Source: a virus
Taxonomy: Duplodnaviria > Heunggongvirae > Uroviricota > Caudoviricetes
Strand: one strand, 5' to 3'
IMG/VR virus record: IMGVR_UViG_3300006033_000017
DNA: 52,239 bases
Both the position numbers and the translations under genes were made by a program. The notes below the pieces were generated by a model. That model had not been told where the DNA came from. It made no database searches and saw only the letters and a program-made list of their open reading frames with translations. This document shows positions 45,492-52,239 of the stretch, one piece after another. The stretch's first letter is position 1. Each line of letters opens with the position of its first letter.

Positions 45492-46268
45492 CTATACATG
45501 AGCCCTGGTATCCCGGATTTCTGATAGAGTGCGAACGGGGATTGTCCAGTAATAGGGATGACCTGAATCATACAATTCAACAACAACGGAGGTGTCGGGG
45601 CGATACCCAATCATCCTCCAACGGTTCGTTATCATGTTGATTAAGTTTTCCCGCTTAAGATATACTTCACACAACTCAGTCAATTCTTCATTGGGCTCAA
45701 TGGGGAAGTGTTCGCCGCGCCGCTCAAGAGGCACCAAAATGTCCTTGAGGCCATCTATTACTTGACAATGATCAGCAAGTGCTGCTGCCATCCTGAGCGT
45801 CATTCGCAAGTCATCAAAGATTACTGCACCCGGCCCCCAAAGTGATTGATATAGCTTATCCATATATCGTGTCTTAGGTGCGCCGACAGGACGCCCATAG
45901 ACAATTTGAGTCATCGGCTTCCAACCACCACAACAAAGACCAAATTCAATGTTAGTGGTAAAGCCTTTCAGTTGATCTTCATCACGCGGCACCCAGAACA
46001 AAACAACCTTTGATGCCCTAATGGCGGCATGTTCCCAATCGACTTGTTCATCATAGTCAAATTGAGGAGCGACCACAAATCGCTTGGGGCAGAAGACCGT
46101 GCCGATAAAGTTCATCTGCGTTAGAATATCAATGGCCTCTTGTTGCCAGTGCGTTGCCGACAGAGAGCGATCTCTATTGATTGGCCCCGCCAAAAAGATT
46201 GACCGCTTAAGATAGTCCTCTATCTTTGGGATGTCAGGAATAGGATCTGTTGGTGTAATGAGTTGCAT
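45492..46268 (-). CDS. nucleoside 2-deoxyribosyltransferase-like protein (Nuc_deoxyri_tr2 type) with extra C-terminal domain
   Basis: IFLAGPI...WQQEAI...QVDWEH...VLFWVPR...GFTTNIEFG. Confidence 0.8.
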   Translation of the reverse strand: MQLITPTDPIPDIPKIEDYLKRSIFLAGPINRDRSLSATHWQQEAIDILTQMNFIGTVFCPKRFVVAPQFDYDEQVDWEHAAIRASKVVLFWVPRDEDQLKGFTTNIEFGLCCGGWKPMTQIVYGRPVGAPKTRYMDKLYQSLWGPGAVIFDDLRMTLRMAAALADHCQVIDGLKDILVPLERRGEHFPIEPNEELTELCEVYLKRENLINMITNRWRMIGYRPDTSVVVELYDSGHPYYWTIPVRTLSEIRDTRAHV

Positions 46269-46276
46269 GATCTCAC

Positions 46277-46675
46277 CTAATCTATAGTATCCGGGATTCT
46301 AGGCTTCTTCTCACTAGGATTACGATTAAAGAGAGTCACTTCAGGAACAAAAGTCCCCCTATGAATCATCAGTTCAGTTCCGTTTTTGCTAATGACTTTC
46401 AGATGAGCCTCGGGCATATCGAATACGTCAACCCAGCCATCTTCTCGAAAATCATTGGTGATTTTCTCGAAGTGTTTCTGAGCCACTTCAATCTGCCGAC
46501 CCGAGATACCACTAATAGTGTGGTAACCGGAATATAGGAACACAACACCGAATATCAAGCAGATTAGACACAGAAGTTTATCAAAGCCATTAGCTTGAAT
46601 GGCTACGACAACTGCGGCTACTACACACAATGTCCCCATAATCACAACAAAGAGTGATAAACCAACCATCATCAT
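46277..46675 (-). CDS. 2-TM membrane protein, possible distant member of the paralog family
   Basis: two TMs then FREDGW...PEVTLF. Confidence 0.65.
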   Translation of the reverse strand: MMMVGLSLFVVIMGTLCVVAAVVVAIQANGFDKLLCLICLIFGVVFLYSGYHTISGISGRQIEVAQKHFEKITNDFREDGWVDVFDMPEAHLKVISKNGTELMIHRGTFVPEVTLFNRNPSEKKPRIPDTID

Positions 46676-46676
46676 G

Positions 46677-47051
46677 TCATTCTCCATCCAACGGACTATA
46701 ACCGTATCGTTCCCTAAAAGCCCGCTCCGTGGCAAGGACTTCGGTAATCATTGCGTTGAATTCAGCTAGTTTGTTCTTGACTTCTGATGGAAGATTTTCG
46801 ACTTCATCGAATGCCACATCCATAGCCTCAGAACTTAGCAGATCAAAGATAGGAGCCCCATTGTATCGTTCACACCACCACACGCATTCCTCAAGAACAT
46901 CTCCGGGTTTCCAAATGTAATGGTACGCCAAGGTTCCAGACCACCGTTGTTCCCCTAGAGACAAAACTACTGGAACATCTATAGTTTCTGGAAATCTAGT
47001 TAGTTGTCTATAGCGCTTAAGAAGTTGCGCATGTTCTGTTTCTTTAGACAT
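46677..47051 (-). CDS. hypothetical protein
   Basis: 124 aa. Confidence 0.7.
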   Translation of the reverse strand: MSKETEHAQLLKRYRQLTRFPETIDVPVVLSLGEQRWSGTLAYHYIWKPGDVLEECVWWCERYNGAPIFDLLSSEAMDVAFDEVENLPSEVKNKLAEFNAMITEVLATERAFRERYGYSPLDGE

Positions 47052-47607
47052 CTTCTGATTCCAATATGAGCTTAAGCCTAGCTATCTCTGTTTCATTATG
47101 CTTAACTAGCTCATTGATTAAGACTCGCTGAGCCTTAGCTGTAGCCAAAGCCTCACAAGCGGCATTAAATCTATGCGTATGGCGCAACTTGTCCAGGCTT
47201 AGGTTCCGACCCAATGCATTAAGAAGACATCCCAAGTCATCAATGATGCTCTTGATAGCCGCTATACCCTTTTCTTGTTCTATCCATGGGGCACTAGTAG
47301 GGTTGTGGCAATGAGCCTGTGTTGAGTAACTTGCAATCCAATCAGCGTCCCGATATGCGCGAAAATAACCCCGCTCTATATACCAACACATGGTCTCAGG
47401 ATCAAACTGGGCAGCCATGACACCAAGACCAAATTCGTCCTGATTCCCTACCTTCATATGAAAATCACCTACCTGAAATTCACCCATCACCCTGATTGAG
47501 ATAAGGGGGCAAGTAGACGGTACGATACATAATGCTGCTTGGTCTGTGATGACTTCAAGGTATCTTCCCTTTTCATCACATTTCCATTCACTACTAATCA
47601 TCTCCAT
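47044..47607 (-). CDS. hypothetical protein
   Basis: 187 aa. Confidence 0.7.
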   Translation of the reverse strand: MEMISSEWKCDEKGRYLEVITDQAALCIVPSTCPLISIRVMGEFQVGDFHMKVGNQDEFGLGVMAAQFDPETMCWYIERGYFRAYRDADWIASYSTQAHCHNPTSAPWIEQEKGIAAIKSIIDDLGCLLNALGRNLSLDKLRHTHRFNAACEALATAKAQRVLINELVKHNETEIARLKLILESEDV

Positions 47608-47616
47608 GACAATTCC

Positions 47617-48132
47617 TTAGATGGGCTTCCCAATCTTATCATTATCACGCAGGGCCTGTTGATAATTGTAGTTTTCCTGCATAACATACTTCATCCGCGC
47701 TGAAGAAGTGATTCCTTCGATGGGCGGTAGCTCCTTAACAAATTCCTCAATGCCAATTCCAAGTGTATCCCAAGACTGCGGAGCGAAGATATACTTGGCA
47801 ACGCGGGCCTCAAAGCGGGGATCCCAATTCGAATACCTATAGATGGCTTGGTGTGCTGCCTCATAAAGACGCTGGGCGAAAAGGAGCTTGATTATAGACT
47901 TTGCGAAATCCCTGGCTTCTTCTTCTCTCTGGTAAAGGCAATCAGGTCCGATGGGGGTCATTGATGTGACATTCCTATCGAGATCAATGTTGAATTGCCC
48001 ACCGAAGTATCGCCACGGATGACCAAGGGGGAGGTCATTATTCACAAGGACCCCGATACAATACAGTTCATCGTTTTCGGGGATCATGTTTTCAACAATT
48101 TCATAGCGAACAGTGTGTTGGGTACTCATCAA
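47617..48132 (-). CDS. hypothetical protein
   Basis: 171 aa, first gene after promoter 48150-48179. Confidence 0.7.
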   Translation of the reverse strand: MMSTQHTVRYEIVENMIPENDELYCIGVLVNNDLPLGHPWRYFGGQFNIDLDRNVTSMTPIGPDCLYQREEEARDFAKSIIKLLFAQRLYEAAHQAIYRYSNWDPRFEARVAKYIFAPQSWDTLGIGIEEFVKELPPIEGITSSARMKYVMQENYNYQQALRDNDKIGKPI

Positions 48133-48149
48133 TTCTAACTCCTACTCTT

Positions 48150-48179
48150 ATGATACCACACCACCTAGCCGTTTGTCAA
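48150..48179 (-). promoter_or_regulatory. sigma70-type promoter
   Basis: TTGACA-18-TATCAT, GTGTGG before -10, then AAGAGT-A. Confidence 0.85.
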
Positions 48180-48183
48180 GCGG

Positions 48184-48456
48184 TCAACCTTCAACATACC
48201 ATTGTTTCTCTTTCCCTTGTTCGCGGCAAAGCTGTGGATTATCATGACAATCCCAACTTAGCTTGACATCGACGTAACCTTCATCCCCGCTGCTATCAAT
48301 AATCCAACACTTAAAATTCATTCCATCCTTAGTAAAACCAAGAAACTCGAATGATTCCAACATGGCTTCATTATCTTCGAAATACGCCTCTATTAGTAAC
48401 TGTGTCTTTAGCTCGTATTGACATAAAGATTGGTAGAATATGTTGGAAATTGACAT
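48184..48456 (-). CDS. hypothetical protein
   Basis: 90 aa. Confidence 0.65.
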   Translation of the reverse strand: MSISNIFYQSLCQYELKTQLLIEAYFEDNEAMLESFEFLGFTKDGMNFKCWIIDSSGDEGYVDVKLSWDCHDNPQLCREQGKEKQWYVEG

Positions 48457-48466
48457 AATAGTCCCT

Positions 48467-51031
48467 TTATCGTTTTACTTTTACAGTATTAGGTGTAGCT
48501 TCACCAGTTAACCTTGGGAGCACAGGAGATTGTACCTCTACCTTAGCATTATCGGTCATCATCTTGAACGCGCCGATACCGGCAGCGCCCGCCGCAGCAG
48601 CACCAAGAGCAAAGAGAGAATTACTGTCTTGCTTTTCTGCTGCTTCCCTTAGAACTAAGTCCAATAGCTTTTCATCCTTGAGGATTAAAGGCATCGTCCT
48701 TAGTAACTCTCTCCTTTTATCTGTTCCCGGTAGATAACGAGCATGGTTAGACAATTGTATAGCGTATTCTTCATCCGATAATGTAATCTCATTCATTAGG
48801 AGTTGGTAAACTTGAACTAATGGATCAGCTACCTTATCGGCAGTTTCTTCGAGCTTCTGCTTTCGTTTCTCGTCATTGGTATGATGAATCGATAGATCTA
48901 AACGATTAATTGCGTCTATGATTAGGGGTAGACTATCTTTATCATAGATCTCAGTAAGATTAGTTAGAACAAAACTGGGTCGCCAGGGCTTAGCGGGGTC
49001 ACTCCAAATAAAAGCACTATCACCCAGGAAGATTGCATCGGATGAATTCCAGACATCAGATGCGTCCAAATCTTTCTTGAGCCAAACAGGATTGTTTTCC
49101 TCACCACTCTCCCCTCGATCTATTGCTAAGATAGCTTTTCCCATGACATCATAGATATAGTGCTCCTTTAGACCGCCACCTCCAGGTACTGCTCTATGCT
49201 TCATAGCGAGGCGCGGGACTTCTGCGCGCAGACTAAAATAGCAAGAGGGGAAAGGCTTATTTTCGGCGATAGCTTTGGTTAGCAAATATGTTCGAATAGG
49301 ATCGTAGTCCCGAGGTCCATAATAGTTGCGAAAATATTCACTACACTTTTTCTGATGGGCATTAAAATTACCACTTTGTTCTACTACATATTTTCTCACA
49401 TCTTGTACTAAGTCATTATCTTTACTATATGTTGAAGAAGCCTCCAGTATAGATTGAACCATAATACCCAAATCAAATGGATCGATAGAGGAAGCAAAAT
49501 ACCTGATAGTTTCTTTGTCATCAAGTATTTCCCGATTGAAATATCCCGTTAGTTGTCTCACTAGTAATTGCTGATTCTCTTCACCGAATATATCAATGAT
49601 ATCAAGTAGAGATTGCTGGAGTTCCCCTGTAATCTTGTGGTAGGAGTTTGAGGTTGAGGTTTCTGAGAAAATGGGCAGCCCGCGTGCTAAGTCGCATCGG
49701 TTCTCCATAGCCTTTCTCATTAACTGTTGGCGCTCATAGCCGGGTTGCTCCATTAACCAGTCTTGACGTTGAGCTTCACGCAAAACACGAATAAAATCGA
49801 GAACCGGCGCACCACAACACCAGTGTTCCTCTGTGACCTTTTGTGTAAGTTCTTTCTTTGAAATATCGGGCGCTTCCCCCAAGTAATCAAGCAGACGAGG
49901 CTTAATGTGATCGAAGGCTTTATCAGAGAGAGAGTCTAGCAACTGAATGATTTGTTGCTTATACCGGGCGGTCACGGCCTCCATTGTGGGCTTTAGCCCT
50001 TCGGGGTTTTCATGCCCTAAGTCTTCGTTATAGTCATATTCTACTTGTATTAAAAAGTCACATAGTTCTTGTGGTTTTAGTAAGGGCATGAGTTTCTTTA
50101 TGCCCTCACACACAATGGTTTCTCTATCCAATAGTAAACGCGGCCCGGCTATCGGTTCAATCATACCGGGCGCAAACAACCAACCAAGGGACTCAAATAG
50201 ATATTCACGCTCCATTGGCTCAAGGTTTAGCGCATCTTGAATATGCCAATAGTAGAACCAGCTTGCCGATGCCTTACTCTCTTCTAGTGATCTGTTCCTA
50301 ATTCCACGAATTTGATCTTTGCTTATTTTGGGCAACGACGACAGTTCTTCAAGCTGCCAATGAGTATAAACGACTGCCATGGTGCTAGTAATGACCGGAC
50401 ACTCAGGCAATGGGTCCATATATTTCTCCTCGACAGGAGGATACATTTCGAGGATCTTCTCCTTTTCGGAAGGAGAAAGTTGGTCAAAATCTACGGGCTC
50501 ACTGACCATAAAGACTCCATCCTTGTGAAGTTGGAGCACCTTCTCATCCGACATATCATGAAGTTGCCTCAAAAGCATAGCGCGCGAGGCTTCGGGTAAG
50601 TCAGGAGTGGCATTAATTGAAGCTTCCATATAATAGCGAATGCCATTGGGAGTAAGTGCGAAGTCCTCTGACTCAACAGGGTCAGTGACACAACGAGGAT
50701 CGACAGGATCAGATACGAAGGTACAATAGGGATTAAATAAGCCTTGAGCCTCATGTTGCTCATCTAGCTCATCCCCGAGCTTGGCTAAAATCAGTTGCGA
50801 TTGGTCATCTGCCTCACCGTAACCACCATCAATTAGCCTAATGATGCACTCTATCCTTGCTTCCAAAGGAGCATCATAATCGGCTATGTGTTGTAGGATG
50901 GCATTGAAGTAATTACCCTTTTTCGCGTTCACTCGTAAGTAATTAAGGTAGCGGGCAGGCGGTCGCGCACTCCATGTATTATTGGGATCTAATAACGCTT
51001 GCATTGATTCTTCGTTAGGAAGTAATGGCAT
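48467..51031 (-). CDS. 854-aa modular protein (paralog of 27620-31642)
   Basis: shared helical module, IWSDPAKPWRP module, HARYLP..DKRRELL motif and Gly/Ala-rich hydrophobic tail. Confidence 0.85.
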   Translation of the reverse strand: MPLLPNEESMQALLDPNNTWSARPPARYLNYLRVNAKKGNYFNAILQHIADYDAPLEARIECIIRLIDGGYGEADDQSQLILAKLGDELDEQHEAQGLFNPYCTFVSDPVDPRCVTDPVESEDFALTPNGIRYYMEASINATPDLPEASRAMLLRQLHDMSDEKVLQLHKDGVFMVSEPVDFDQLSPSEKEKILEMYPPVEEKYMDPLPECPVITSTMAVVYTHWQLEELSSLPKISKDQIRGIRNRSLEESKASASWFYYWHIQDALNLEPMEREYLFESLGWLFAPGMIEPIAGPRLLLDRETIVCEGIKKLMPLLKPQELCDFLIQVEYDYNEDLGHENPEGLKPTMEAVTARYKQQIIQLLDSLSDKAFDHIKPRLLDYLGEAPDISKKELTQKVTEEHWCCGAPVLDFIRVLREAQRQDWLMEQPGYERQQLMRKAMENRCDLARGLPIFSETSTSNSYHKITGELQQSLLDIIDIFGEENQQLLVRQLTGYFNREILDDKETIRYFASSIDPFDLGIMVQSILEASSTYSKDNDLVQDVRKYVVEQSGNFNAHQKKCSEYFRNYYGPRDYDPIRTYLLTKAIAENKPFPSCYFSLRAEVPRLAMKHRAVPGGGGLKEHYIYDVMGKAILAIDRGESGEENNPVWLKKDLDASDVWNSSDAIFLGDSAFIWSDPAKPWRPSFVLTNLTEIYDKDSLPLIIDAINRLDLSIHHTNDEKRKQKLEETADKVADPLVQVYQLLMNEITLSDEEYAIQLSNHARYLPGTDKRRELLRTMPLILKDEKLLDLVLREAAEKQDSNSLFALGAAAAGAAGIGAFKMMTDNAKVEVQSPVLPRLTGEATPNTVKVKR

Positions 51032-51032
51032 A

Positions 51033-51485
51033 TTATACCTCCGCGAGTTTTTGTCGCATATTCATTAGTCGCGTGCAAAACTCTGAACGAGTAAGTACCG
51101 TCTCAGAAGCGTTACTTTTACCAATACTATGAGTTAGTACAGCGCCGCCGGTTGCCAACAAGGCCCTCTTAGCAGATTCATTCTGCGTAAATAGGGCTTC
51201 GTACATCTCATCTAGGAGATCCTGATACTCTTCTGAGTCTCGCTTAATGGGTTGTCCCTGGAAATATAGCGTTTGTGTTGTGCGCCATTTCTTCCGAGCC
51301 CCTTTAGACTTGGCAGCTTTACCGGCTAACAAGAAAACAACACGTTGCATCTCGGGGCTAGAGAATTTTAAGCCTTGCAGGAATCCCTCGCACGAGGTTA
51401 CGGGGATACCACGAAATGTGAAGGGGTGGGGCGCGAAATTAGAAAGCGCCCCAGCGGGATACCCGCAACCTGATTGGATGTTCAT
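51033..51485 (-). CDS. NADAR family protein, T4 gp30.3-like
   Basis: ALSNFAPHPF..GI...EGFLQGLK...QN...ALLAT.G.VLTHS...T.LT..EF pattern of phage gp30.3. Confidence 0.85.
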   Translation of the reverse strand: MNIQSGCGYPAGALSNFAPHPFTFRGIPVTSCEGFLQGLKFSSPEMQRVVFLLAGKAAKSKGARKKWRTTQTLYFQGQPIKRDSEEYQDLLDEMYEALFTQNESAKRALLATGGAVLTHSIGKSNASETVLTRSEFCTRLMNMRQKLAEV

Positions 51486-52108
51486 TCTAGTTCTATTCTA
51501 TGGTGTTGTGGCTCAGCCTCGAAGTAATAGCCCTTCTTGCCGCGTGCCCAATGTTCTGAATTTGTTTCGTGTGACCAACACCACACATCTTTGTCGTAGT
51601 ATTCGCAAATTGCTTTTAGGAAGAAGGGGATACGAGTCATATTTACTGGCATAAAGTGGTTTGCATCAATCCCAATATTGATCATATTTTGTTGAAATTT
51701 CCAGGCCCCATGAATATGCCCTGTTACATGAAAATAGGAAGGCGAACTCATATGAGGATAGTGATTCATCGAAATGCGTAAGTCCGCACCATCACAAGGG
51801 ATGTCCGTAATCACCAAATGATCTTCAGGAAAGATGCGCTCAAAGTAAGGCGCGAACGCTTCATCACTAATCGCCTGATCGTGATTACCTCTTAGTAACC
51901 ACTTACGACCTCGGATCTCATTCAGTTGCTCTAGGTGTTCCGCGTTACCTTGATCACAGACATCACCAACAATGACGACAAGATCCTTCGACTTAATTAC
52001 TCCACAGTAGTCATAAAGTAAGCTTCGCCAATTATAGGGGCGCTGCATAATCTTGGCGCGATCATCTGTAACACCTAAATGTAGATCTGACATAAACCAA
52101 GTATTCAT
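51482..52108 (-). CDS. calcineurin-like metallophosphoesterase
   Basis: SDLHLG, GDVC, GNHD, NHYP, GHIH. Confidence 0.9.
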   Translation of the reverse strand: MNTWFMSDLHLGVTDDRAKIMQRPYNWRSLLYDYCGVIKSKDLVVIVGDVCDQGNAEHLEQLNEIRGRKWLLRGNHDQAISDEAFAPYFERIFPEDHLVITDIPCDGADLRISMNHYPHMSSPSYFHVTGHIHGAWKFQQNMINIGIDANHFMPVNMTRIPFFLKAICEYYDKDVWCWSHETNSEHWARGKKGYYFEAEPQHHRIELE

Positions 52109-52239
52109 GGCTTGATATTAAACCTCATGACACTTCGCATGGGATAGACTTCGTTGCTTTGACTACAACAAAGGAAGAGTTCGCTCGCACCATAGGCTAA
52201 GGAGCCACATGGTCTTTGGATTTTCCATTCCCCCTTCAA
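52105..52239 (-). CDS. 3' end of an upstream gene (partial)
   Basis: open frame ending in an ATGA overlap with the phosphoesterase start. Confidence 0.5.
   Translation of the reverse strand: MKGEWKIQRPCGSLAYGASELFLCCSQSNEVYPMRSVMRFNIKP

Noticed and set aside
1-52239. CRISPR array
   Set aside because: No three or more equal repeats with unique equal-length spacers seen; the 21-bp repeat has only two copies
1-52239. Alternative genetic code
   Set aside because: Long genes are intact in code 11, all three stop codons end genes with tight overlaps, and coding density is high
1-52239. Many 60-200 aa plus-strand ORFs (e.g. 9982-10443, 38413-38859, 40312-40914, 42841-43344)
   Set aside because: Antisense shadows of better-supported minus-strand genes, without RBS or motifs

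Overview
Gene-dense, about 43% GC (sampled by eye) accessory region that most likely comes from a large (jumbo) dsDNA bacteriophage. About 90 mostly small ORFs are packed almost entirely on the minus strand in genetic code 11. There are two tRNA genes (Ser-GCT, Pro-TGG) and about a dozen near-consensus sigma70-type promoters. No structural, integrase or replication-enzyme genes are present, so phage identity is inferred from architecture. Recognisable products: GT32 glycosyltransferase, HNH endonuclease beside tRNA-Pro, stand-alone response regulator, DUF4177, KTSC, DUF6876, Methyltransf_24-like MTase, XRE HTH, ABC-type ATPase, isochorismatase-like hydrolase, a 1249-aa Type ISP-like nuclease-helicase-MTase with a companion N6-adenine MTase, a discoidin-domain protein, a nucleoside deoxyribosyltransferase-like protein, a T4 gp30.3-like NADAR and a metallophosphoesterase. 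The most striking unexplained features are: (1) a plus-strand non-coding locus at 8.6-9.2 kb driven by two tandem promoters, whose first RNA shows a 16S-rRNA-tail (anti-Shine-Dalgarno) mimic in a hairpin loop; (2) four promoters whose -10 box sits in a 20-22 nt loop between sequence-unrelated inverted repeats of fixed geometry; (3) a sharp GC-skew inversion with tandem repeats at about 12.3-12.9 kb (candidate origin); (4) a hairpin that hides the HNH ribosome-binding site; (5) two very large paralogous modular proteins. All functional calls come from motif recognition, with no database searches.
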